Positions 14,530 through 26,203 of a stretch of DNA of 64,000 bases are shown in pieces. The DNA comes from Selaginella moellendorffii (taxonomy: Eukaryota > Plantae > Lycopodiophyta), in assembly GCF_000143415.4 (NCBI RefSeq), contig NW_003314326.1:1068268-1132267 (forward strand), written 5' to 3'. Both the position numbers and the translations under genes were made by a program. The notes beneath the pieces are model-generated. The model was not told the origin of the DNA, made no database searches, and was given only the letters and a program-made list of their open reading frames with translations. Position 1 is the stretch's first letter; every line of letters begins with the position of its first letter.

Positions 14530-17500
14530 TCAGACTGTTATTTTTTGCCTCCAACGCCTATACAATAATCTTGGAATTTCATCACTCTCCACACTATCAG
14601 GATTTAAACCCAATAGTAATGCCATCTCTTCTCTAATACGTCCACGCTCATGTTCAGTGGTCGAAGAACCCATCCGGTTGAGCAGATTATGGAGATGCGG
14701 ATAATGCTTGGCTAGACAATATACATGCCATAAATGATGACTGGTGTCTGTCCGATCAAATGGCTTCTGATATACCGTTCCATCTGCCATTTGGTTGATT
14801 TCTGCAGCCACCTCCTGGACTGGCCGGTTCTCTATCACCATCGCTTCAAGCCGTTTTGCAAGGTCCCCCAGAACATACGGTTTCTTCTCCCTAGTTTCCA
14901 TACTGCAAGAGATGGGGTGCACTGCATATGTGTGCGTGTTCGCTGCAGTTTTAATCGGCGAGTCATCGATGATGAGGATTTCACTTGACCTAGCAGTCCG
15001 GTTCATCACTACAGCCTCTGCCTTGACGAAGATGGGCTTGCTACCCCTCACATGGACCATAATCAAGCAATCCTCCTGCGTTAGGAGAAAGTCAAATGGT
15101 AATATTACTCGCGTCTGATCGTGCATCATCTGTAGCAACGTTAATGCATTGTGGCGCATCATGGATGTCCAAACTCCCAATTGCAAATTGAACCCGGCCC
15201 TCTGTTTTAAGTGTCGCATGGTCATTATTAGATCCCGCAGTTTCTCCCGTGTGATTAATGTGAATCTGTCTCTTTTGACCAACTTGCGACCGCAGGCTTT
15301 GGAGGGTGCAGTGACATTCGAGGACGAGCCACGCTCATGGGAGAAAAGGACACCGTTCAGATCAAAAACGATATAGTACTTTCGCCGTGACTCTGAAATG
15401 AAATGCGTTAGCATAAAAAATGGTACAAGTCAATTTTACCATCTACAATATTAGCGAATGGTGCTCCCGATGGTCGTTGAGAGGGTTTTGGTCGAGGAAA
15501 CGTGAAGGGCGGAAATACTCTCCTCTGCAATGTGGGGTCAATCGCATCCGATGGCGTGTGGGCACATGCCATTTCAGCTGTAGACTCTGGTACAACTGGC
15601 TCAACAGTGGCATGGGGTGGTTCCGATGGCGTGTGATCACACGCCATTTCAGCTGGTGCCTCCGTTGGCAAAGTGGACATGACTGAACAGGCAGCAGGGG
15701 CGGTGTAGGGAGGTTCCAACGGCGCGTAGTCAGACGATTGGGCACACGTTGGAAATGAGGATACGACCGGCTCGGCGGCTGGGGCGGCCTCATGCGGGTC
15801 CAATGGCGCCTGGTCACCGTCAGTTGGATACGTGGACAAGATTGACTCAGTGGTATGGGCAGCATCAAGTGGAGCGTGGTCAGCTTGCTTGGTGTTGATA
15901 TGGATAGTAGCCTCCACCAGCTCTGATGACTCTTGCAGGCAAGTAGAGTCCACTGGCGGATCCATATGCATGTCCAAATATCTCCCTTCGATTGAGATGG
16001 TATCCTCCCGTGCTACTAAAAACAAACTCATTAGCACATTGAATCGACTATACTGTATTTACCATCAACTGCTATTGAGGAACTAGGACCGATATCACTT
16101 GGGCGCACTGCTGATTCTGAAGGATTGGACATACGTTTCGACCCTTGCTTGGCACTATCCTTCCTCGACACTAAAGGCTAGAGTTTGTATCTTAATTCAA
16201 CTGAATAATCTCTACTTACCATTTCTTCTGCGACCTACATGGACAATGTTAGAAATGGTAAAAGGTTAGGAATGGATGTACTATTATTTACCTGATGGTT
16301 TGTCTTGTATGACCTTCCTCCGCTGCTCTTTGGCCACCTCAGGCTGGCCATCATCGTCATCATCGTCATCGTCGTTATTGTGATCGTCACTATTGTGAGG
16401 ACCATCCAAGTCCTCTTCGTCCTCCTCTTCTTCGTCCTCCTCTTCTTTGTCCTCCTCTTCGTCCTTCTGCTCTTCCTGCTCATTATCTTTCTCTGGCTCC
16501 TCATCCCCCTCTTGCATTTCTTCCATAGGCTGCTCAGGCTGGATTGCTTGTTTTTCCAGGACCATCTTGGAAAAATCATCTGGCCGAGTCTCCATCTCAA
16601 AATACAAGACATCCATAGCCTGTTTTAGTGCGTGACCTAGGACCGTATCCTCACCCGACTGTCTTAACATGGTTTCTGCACGTTCTTGCACCCTTCGAAG
16701 ACGACGAGATGAGAAAAACGTGGCCCTGACTTGAAAAGCATCCCTCATCCATTGTACCTCTCCATTGAGATTGGGGAAGGGGAGTCCGCCATAGGAATCT
16801 GAGTCAGAAGGTGGTGACTGGCTCCTTTCACTCAGCCCTTGATCTGCAATGAATGGCATGAGCACACACGCCATAACCGCGAGGCATTACCTATCATCTT
16901 TTCGTTGCCCTTCTTCCTTTTTGAATCAAACGCCTCTGATCCCGACGACTGTCCAACGTGCTTTCGCTTTTTATGACCACTGTCAGTTTGAGCTTGGCTG
17001 GTGCTTGCCTGTTTTGCCTTTGAAGAAGTGTCTCCTGCAAGGAATGGCATGAGACCACACGCCATTGCAAATATAATTTGTACCTCCTTTTTTCCTATTG
17101 CTTGTCTGTTTGTCCTTCTTCGACGCGCCACCAGTGCGCTTTTCAGTCCTCGTGTCTGAATATTCACAACGATCTATAATCAAAATGGCGTGAGGCCTCA
17201 CGTGACCTTACCTTGTGCAGGTTGTGACCTCGGCCTAACATCAGTAGCTGTTAACGCCGTTTCAGCATCTGGGGGTGGCCACGCTCCTGCATACAGAGCT
17301 TGTGAGATAACATTTAAACTTAAAGTACGTACTCACCAGGTTCGTAGAGAAGATACTGTTTTTCTTTGGCAACTGTAATTATATGCTCCATTGAAGTCAC
17401 CTCTTCAATGGAGTTTGTCACCGCAACACACGGGACACCCTTGAGTAGTGCGGCTCGAAAGAATAGTCCGCCGCAGTTGTACTCGACAACGCATTTGCCC

Positions 17501-19842
17501 TTGGAGTCACCCGCTATTGCGTTGAAGACCCAGCTGAGCATTTCCCATGCTGCACCTAGAGCTTTCTTTGGATTCGAAAGCTCCATAGCCGTCTTCAGTT
17601 CCTCAGGCACGGGTAAATTGACCTCCCTCAGATCAATTCGATCGGCTTTGTTGAACGAAGCTGGGAAGTCACTCCAGTCCCACTCTACTGCAGGACCAAT
17701 AACAAGGGCGACTGTGAAGATGCGGACATTCGTCGGCATCTTCTTCTTAGCCATTATCCCATGGATCTCCCGCATCTCCTTGCCTTTCAACCGAGCCTTC
17801 ACCTCGTTCAAGGCCTTCCAGAACTTGTGATAGGATTCGGAGTCGTAGATCATATAGTGGACTGAAGATTCCACCTCCGCAAGTCCCACCATTAAGTCAA
17901 TGATGGAGCTGACTTCGTCTGCATGAGTGATCTCCTCGTTTGTGAAGTCCATCACACAAAAGATGTTCTTGACCTGCTCATCTCCGCGGGAAACGATGCT
18001 CCTCCACCTTTGATCCTCATCCGAATTCACGTATACCCGGTAAGGTTCTCGATAGGCCTCTGCTGCGGGGTCGAGCTGTTTCTGAAGCCGGCGGTCGACA
18101 TCCCTCTTAATGAAATTTGGATACTGATCCAACTTCTCAGCTTTACTTTTCGTGGCATCCCGCAGCAGATCGATGAACTTGGGGGCCCCCTTCACGTACT
18201 CGTCGATGTCTTCATTTGACAAGTCCAGCTCTTCCATCATCTCTTGCGTGGTGTCGATGCTCACCCTCGCCACGGCCACTTGCTCGAAGATCCAATCCTT
18301 CAATAGCGCACGAGCTCTCAGAGTCGTGCACAAGTCCTCGTATGTCACAATATGGCCGGGAGTCATTTTGGTCTTGTTGAAGACTACCTCACCACGTAGA
18401 AGAGCATTAGCCACTGTCAGAAGGTCGTCGTCGTCTAGAGACCGCGAGAAACGCAAGGCGTTGAGCTTCAAATCATTGGGCTTCCGGCCGTCCTCCACAC
18501 CCATTGAGTTTAGCAACTCCCCGTCATGGTACCTCCTTAGCACATCTACCCATTTGTCAAAAACAACTTTTGTCGCGAGTAGAATGTTATGGATGCTGAG
18601 TGTGTCATTGACCCCCAGTGTTTTCGAGAGAAGACTCGAGAATTCCTGCAATGGAAATGGCGTGAGGCCACATGCTATGCCACATGTAACGAGGCTTACC
18701 TGCCAAGCGCTAGTTGCTAGTGCACGTCCTTGTCCTGGTTTTTGTGGCTTCTTCAGTTGAACCCAGAGCTTCCGTGTTCGTGCCAATATCTTGTGCAGAC
18801 CCGATTTGTAGCACGTTTCTTGCTTGACATTCTGCGCGTGGGAGATGTATATGATAGATCGGAGGGGCGAGTTGCCTTTTATCAGGCGGACAACTCTTGT
18901 CTTGAAGACTTTCTTCACCTCCTCGCCCACCATAATATCCACAACTATCTGTTGCATCGCCAAGCTAGAATGCTGCTCGGAGACGGCATAGAACCGGATG
19001 TTCTGATCGTCCAACACCTTCCTATTGATCAAGTCTGGAAACCTCGTCTCGCCCTTCATTGTTCGGTAGTAGGGGATCACGTCTGCGATGTCGGGTGTTA
19101 CTGGACTTGCCAGCATCTTCTGCTTCAGTTTCTCCACCCACTCATCAGATACTAGCCTGTGGTTGTATTTGCTTTGGATCTCGATACGGCTCACGTCGAT
19201 TGTATATACTTTGTTGGAATAGTAACAAGTACTATTATCTGCGACGATTTTTGCTGCCTCTTCTTGCTCTTTCTGCTCTTTGCGGCTCTTCTTTTTGGTG
19301 GGTGTAGTGTTCGAACCCGAGGCAATGGCATCACCGAGTAGCTTCTTTTTTGGAGCAGCAGAGTCGGACGTCAGCTTGAGCTTGACCACCCTTTTCTGCT
19401 TCGGGGTAGTTTCCAGATCGACCCCCTTCCCCTTCGCTTCGCAAACTGGAGGCACTCTCAACGGCTCAATGTTGGAATATAGTTTTTGAACATCGCCGTA
19501 GGTGAGGTCCGTGGATTCCATGTGATCTTCATAGACCCGCAGCGTCTTTGAAATTGTGGGCCTCCTGGACAACCTCTCCCTAGCTCCCTCTGGGAATTCC
19601 TCATAGCCGCTGCCCCCCTCCGGGAAGCCGCTAGGATGTGCAAGGTGGATCTTGAAGGCGGACGCTGTCTCTACCACAAGTGCCAGTCCATATTCTTGCA
19701 TGGAACTGCATGGAGTGTCTGTCACTTGGATGAGGATCCCCATGCATTCTTTTCTCCCACCATCTGTGTTGTATAGCATCAGATCCTTGCCTTCCATCCC
19801 GAAAGTCCAACTGGTGAGCTCCTCCCCCTTCTCTGCATCCAC
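14530..19842 (-). CDS. Transposon cargo gene, about 1,590 aa: ParB-like domain + degenerate amino-MTase-like fold + acidic/low-complexity linker + FCP1/NIF HAD phosphatase-like domain
   Basis: Predicted exons 19832-18700, 18645-17337, 17286-17212, 17155-17084, 17034-16891, 16843-16292, 16234-16220, 16170-16135, 16015-15440 and 15392-14530 join with GT-AG introns in consistent phase and no stops. HAD motifs: IVFDLNGVL, VWTS, TQEDC, LIIDDSPIK. ParB-like: R..SDEWVEKLK...FYAVSEQHS. The start exon is uncertain. Confidence 0.7.
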
Positions 19843-21483
19843 ATTGACAGTGGCTGGAAGAAAGACCTAAAAGACTTACCATTTGAAGCCGAATGGAGGC
19901 CGTGACAATCGAGGCCGGACTCGCTGGCGAATGTGCACTGTGTGTGCAGCGGATCGTAGCAGCAAGGCTACTCTGCCACTTACAGTTGGAGAGTGGTGCT
20001 GAAATCTCCCGGGACGCCAAGTGGGCTGCGTGTGGGTGGCGGAGTGGGCGGCGGAGTTGGCGGCGAAGTTACAAACTGGGTGTGTCTTGAAGTGGACGCC
20101 GATGCACACGAGCGCGATGCGAGCGCGAGTGTGATGCAAGCGCGAGTGGACGCCGATGCACACGAGAAACCTGTAGAGAAGTGAGCGTGATCGTGAGTGG
20201 GAGCGCGATGCGAGCGGGAGCGCGAGTGTGATGCGAGCGCGAGCGCGAGCGCGAGTGTGCGAGCGCGAGTACAAAGCAAAATGCAAAACCTAACCTCACA
20301 CGCGCGAAATGTCACAACGGTTGGTAATCCCGCCACGTCATCATTCCTCGGACTTGGGCGGCACCATTAATTTCTGGATTGCCGCGCGCATGCAAGCACG
20401 CAAAATCCAAAAGAAATCCGCAACGTCATCATTCCTCGGACTGCATGCACGCGAAATCCAAAAGAAAGATCATGATTGGGATATCATTTAATACCCTCGC
20501 TATATTTATACCATGCATGATTGGATATTCCAAAGCATCTTGTATTTCCAAAAATGGCAGATGTTCAGCTAAATAAAGAAATTCTATCTGTTTCTATTTT
20601 TCTCTCAAATCAATATTATAGCGTGTGGGCTCATGCAATTTTGAACCAAAGAAACCCAAAAAACGTTGGACCCAAAATATTTTGAAAAAACCCAAAAAAC
20701 CCTAAACATTTTAAACCCAAAAATCCAGGCGTCCTGTGGCGTTATTCCTTGAATGGCGTGTGGGCGCATGCCATTTTCAGGGCCAAATGCTGAATGGAGA
20801 AAAATTCCCTTTCAGTGCAAATGCTGCAAGAGGCAGATGCCGAGCACAAAGGACTGTAACTACCTCACATGACACAGATAAACTTTTCTCTATTTGGCAA
20901 AGATAAACTTTATAGCGTGTGGGCTCATGCAATTTTGAACCCAAAAAATGCACTAAAAAATTCTCGGCGTCATCTGGCATTATCTCTTGAATGGCGTGGG
21001 GCCGCATGCCATTTTTAGGGGCACATAGGAGTATATTCCTAGGATATTCTAACACGCGCGAGATTTTTTTGAGTTTTCTGGAGATCCAACCGTTAGATCG
21101 CAACTAGATTTTACAGAATGGTATACAATGTCTTTCTTGATGACCCTGCAAAGAAGCATCTCGATCGGACACCACATGAGACCACACGAGCCTTACAATG
21201 TTTCAGGGGCATTTGCCATAGATCCGACCGTTATTTTGCTCCAAGATTTTACAGTTTGGTGTGCATTGACCTTTCCATCGAAACTGCAAAGGGACATCAC
21301 AATCAGATGCGGGATCACAAGAAACTAACTTCACTAACTCTGGTTTCACCAAGATCTACGTAAGGAGTTATGAAATGAAAGGACCCTCTATTGAAATGTG
21401 TTTATGGTCCTAGGGGCATTGTGACATATCAAAGGATTTTGCATCAAGTTCTGTATTTGCATGTTTATCAAGCTACTGAATTG

Positions 21484-21517
21484 CTAAACCCTAAACCCTA
21501 AACCCTAAACCCTAAAC
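21484..21517. repeat. Interstitial plant telomeric repeat (CCCTAAA, about 5 units) inside the transposon
   Basis: ctaaaccctaaaccctaaaccctaaaccctaaac. Confidence 0.9.
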
Positions 21518-22847
21518 ATGTGGCAAATGCTGCGTGAAGAAAGATGCCCTTTCTGGGCAAATGCTGTAAGAGGCAGATGCCGAGCAGATGTATCTCAGGC
21601 TAGCGAAGGGGACGAACGAAAGCTAGCTATAAACATGACGGGATGCAAATAGATTACTAGGCTGGTCCTACGAAAATCAAAAACCATAATTGAAAACATT
21701 GAAAATGCAAAAAGAAAGGTTTATAATATTTTTGAATTTTAGGCAACCAAAGGAATGTAAGTAGGGCATGTGTTTGTAAGTTTAAAAATGCCTCAACCAC
21801 TTAAATTCCCAAGTAAATAAAGCTGTTTCTATTTTTGGTACAGGTAAACTTTATAGCGTGTGGGCTCATGCAATTTTGAACCCAAAAATGCACCAAAAAA
21901 TGCTCGACTAGCATTATTCTTTGAATGGCGTGTGGCCTTATATTGCCATAAATGGACGTACACACACAGCATAATTATTCCTTTACACGGCGAATAATCT
22001 TGGCGCGGATCGCTGACATGGCATGGCAAAGTTCGAATCACTGACATGGCACAGCTGGATCGAGGCAAGGACATGATGTGACAAAGTTCAACCTCCGACA
22101 GCAAAGTCTAGAAGCTACTCAGTTTGAAATTTGTCAGAGGAATCATAAGATCTGGTTTGTCAGAGGATTTGATGTGACGTTCAAGCGTGTGTTATTTTTG
22201 AATTCTCGAACTCATTCCTAGGTCTATCATTTTTGTGCGCCGTGTTCTTGGTTCCGCTGAGCGCAGTGAGCGCTGCTTGTGTAAGCGGCGTTGTGGGCTG
22301 TGGTTTATGCGTCTACGAGCGGTTGCGGCATTGCGAGCGCCATTGCGAGCGGTAGTTTATGCGAGTGGCAGTTTGTGCGAGCGGCGCTACGAGCAGTTGC
22401 GGTGTTGCGAGCGGCGCTACGAGTAGTTGCGGTGTTGCAAGCGGCACTGTCTTTGGTGTGGCTACCGCTTCCTCTTGATATTCGGCACTTGTGCTTCCTG
22501 GTATGTTCACCATGGAATGGCTTAGGACCACATTTAGAAATGGCATGAGGCCACATGCCATCTTGGGCCCTTGCAATTTCATGGCTAGCGTATTGTCATG
22601 TATGTTTTTACTTGCCTGCAGCTGTGTGTATATCAAGATGGCATGAGGCCTCATGCCATTAGTGGTACCACTAATGGCATGAGGGCTCATGCCAATTTTG
22701 TGAATGCGAAATTTCACGTGGGTGTCAATAGCATGTTTGAATAATGGCATGTGGCTTCATGCTATTGAGGTTGTTTGGTATGTTATGATTTAGGCCATTC
22801 TCCAATCATTTTTTGTATGGTCTTAACTTCTTTTCTGCACTTTCAGA

Positions 22848-25800
22848 ATGGCCTTCAGGGTTGGGGAAAAGGTTTACATTTTGAATGGTGGGAAGAGAGT
22901 TGCAAAAGGGACCCTTGTGTCTATGGATCGGAACTTTGTTATACACTGTGAAAGGCTTGGGGAAGGCAATGCTGCTGTATCAGTAGAGACTGTCTTCGAT
23001 GGGAATGTGGTCGCTATTGAACGAGGAGAGATGGTCGTCGGGGTAAATGTTGTTGTTGCCTTGAAAAATCTTCAGAAGAAAGCAGATGTTGGGGACAGCG
23101 CAAGTGCGACGCATGTTCCCTCCGTGGATCTTAAGAACCGTGCTACATGGATTCAGGCAAAAGTGTTTCTAAACAACCCCGAGGGGGAGGTGGTAGCTGA
23201 GGGCTTAGCCACAGTTGTCGATCCAAGAGATGCGGTTGCTAATCAAGAATTGGGCTGGGATGATATTGGAGTTGTGATTTTAGAGGTTGTTGACACAGAA
23301 GAAAACAGTCTGACTATTGGAAGCATTGTGCGGTGGAAATTGAGGCACTTAGTGTTTGAGAATGTGAAGGATTCACAATCAAACACCACTACAACTGATG
23401 ACAGAACATCTCTTCATGGGAAAAGAAAGTACACCTTCCTAAAGCGCAGCCAAAGGGATCTGAGCAACGAACCGAAAAGGCAGAAAATGGCGATGGAGGT
23501 TCGAATGGTCTCGACAGTTGCTTGTTGCAAGAGGAGGTGCTGTCAACATGCTGATTGGGATGCTATTGAAGAGGAGAGAGCAAGATACAAGACATTGTCC
23601 TGGAAGGCAGCTCGCAATTTTGTGTATGAGGCATTACGGTCATCTGTTGATGCTTCAGAACATCAGGTGGGGGGCATGGTCTTCCAGAGGGGTTTGGTCT
23701 GCATGAAGGCATGGAGAATCATTTATGGAGTCCCTCGAACCACATTCTACAGAATCAAAACTGAGTTCGAGGAACAAAGGGTTCAACAGGCAGTCCATGG
23801 GAACGACGGTACGCACAAAACCAGGGGTCATGTTGTATATGGAGAGGCAATCTTCAAGAGGTTTGTCGAGACATGTAGCGAGCAGCAACCACATAAAACC
23901 CGCCTCTTGGAAGATGGAACATGAGACACCCAACGAGTTCTCCCTTCCATGTATACCAAGGGGGCCATATTGGAAGATGTGAATCGGGAACTCCAGAGTA
24001 ATGGCTACAAGAAGCTGAGCCAATCTAGATTTAGTAGATTGTGGAGCAACAGGTTCAGGGATGTGAGTATAGGAAAGTACTCCAGCTTTTCAAAGTGTGA
24101 CGAGTGCACTGTTATCAAAATGGCTTTGTCGAAGAATTCTTGCAGCGCTCAAGAGCGAGAGACGTTGGTTAGAAGGCGGCTCGACCACAACATCGAGCAG
24201 AGAAGCTGCAGGACTGCATATTATCATAACAGGATTCTCTCCATGGAGAGACCTGACTCTTACCTCTGCATTATCCACGACAAAATGGACCAGAAAAAGA
24301 CGTGCTTACCTCGACTCAATCCTGCCCCCAAGGCAATCTCTTCATCCATGCAGCTGCCTGTGTCTCTGTTTGGCATAATCGCTCATGGGCATGGTGCCCA
24401 GAACTATGGGAACTTCTTTGTACGTCTATGGGGTGGCGGGGGTGCAAACATGATGATTGCGTCCCTAGCAAAACACTTAAGGTCTCTGCAAAGTGCGCAG
24501 ACTGAGCTGAACGGCCAACCCTTGCATAAGGCCCTTGTCGATCGAACCCCATACAGGGTTCAGCTGGAGGAGGAGCAAAGGCTTGCAGTATCGCGTGGGG
24601 CCCCATGCCATCCCAGTGAATATGTTGGCCGTCAGATTGTAGGGTTATCATGTGAGGCCTCATGCCATTCCGACGAGGCTGGTCGCCCGGTGAATGCACA
24701 GCCTCATCCAAACAAAGCAGAATCTCAAGGAAGTTCTTGCGGCTGATGTGGCCTTCCACCCCATCTTCTGCTCCAAACAGACAATGCTGGCAGTGAGAAC
24801 AAAAACATGTACGTCTTCGCGTACTTGGCGATGCTTGTTGCCAAAGGCATATTTGAAACGGTTACACTTGGCTTTCTCATGGTTGGGCACACTCATGAAG
24901 ACGTCGATGCCATGTTCAGTCACCTGGCAGAGTCCCTCCGGCGATCCAATGTCCTCACCCTCCCACAACTCTACGATGAATTCCAAAATTGCATCAAAGG
25001 CACTGTTGAAGCTGCACTTCTGACAGAGGTTCCAGACTTTAAGGGGTTTGTAAGAGGCTACATCAGGGATGGATCCGAAACGCTGATTGGCCACTCCAAG
25101 CCTCTTCAGTTTCATTTCAGCATGTGTGACGGTGCTCCAGTGATGAGGTACAAGATGAGAGAATGGGACACAGTGTGGCTGCCAGTGGACGGCATTGAAC
25201 TCTTCAAGAGAGATCCCATAACTGGGGAACCTATGATTCCTCAGGGTTCCCCACGGCCGATGCACCCGGATGGACTCAAAGACTAGGAAAGTATAGTGCC
25301 GGGATTAGACAGCATATTGCCTTCTGGAAGAGGGGGTTGGTGTTTGGTGGAGAATCCTATTTTCAGAGGTGCAAGCCTTTGCTCGAATACTGGGAGAAGA
25401 TTATATCTGCTATCCAAAATGGGCCAGTTGTATATGAAGAATTGGAAGAGTCCTTTTGGCCAGAACCCAGAGCACCAGATAGTAGCGGAACAATGTCCTC
25501 TGGAAATGCAGTGACAGATAACGATGTTGAGGATCACTATTGTGGGCCGAGGAACAAGAAGCCGGATTCAGCATTCAATCCAGTACAGGTCTGCAAAGGA
25601 ATGGTCGTGCTTGTCAGACCCAGTAATAAAAAACAAATGATATGGGTGGGGCGCTGCATCACTGATGCAGAGGAGGATGCGGAAACTAACTCCTTCAATG
25701 TAACTGTGGAGTGGTTCAAGCCAAGTTCCGGATATACGAAGGATTGCCTAGAAAAGAGATGGGTGCTGAATCCAAGGGATCCCAGCATGAGCATATCGGT

Positions 25801-25988
25801 GGATAATGTTGTGCATGGTTGGATGCGGAAGCAGAGTGCCACCATCACCTTGCCAGACCATGCAAGAGATGCAGCAAGAGCATTCATAACTCGGGTTCAA
25901 GGTGAGATTCATTAATATTCCTTTACAAAGTTTCTAATGTATTTTATTTCAAGGTGAACAATCCGAATCTGAATCAGAGGAGGCTTGA
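22848..25988 (+). pseudogene. Sola-like DDD transposase (DUF7869-type core), disabled
   Basis: CCKRRCC and VCMKAWRIIYGVPRTTFY (Zn/HTH region); FSKCDEC; catalytic-type motifs LCIIHDKMDQ, LLLQTDNAGSENKN and FLMVGHTHEDVDAMFS. In-frame stops at 23922, 24744 and 25284, and a frameshift near 25300. A short last exon is probable at about 25954-25988. Confidence 0.8.
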
Positions 25989-26203
25989 TATAGTGTGTGA
26001 GGTAAAACAAAGATGATGTGACATATGCATTTACCAATCACACGTGCATAAATCTAATAATATGGCGTGTGGCCCATATTAATGGCACATAAACCCATAT
26101 TGTGGGCTTACGTGCTTTATGTACCATCATTCCCTTGCAGCGTGTGTGTTGGTTTCCTTTTATAACACAACGAACTCCATATTTTAGGGTGAAGAGCGTT
26201 CTC

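Noticed and set aside
19876-20336. ORFs in the CG-rich tract upstream of the cargo gene
   Set aside because: Low-complexity (gcga)n repeats keep the frames open. This is probably 5' UTR or promoter, although the true first coding exon may lie here.
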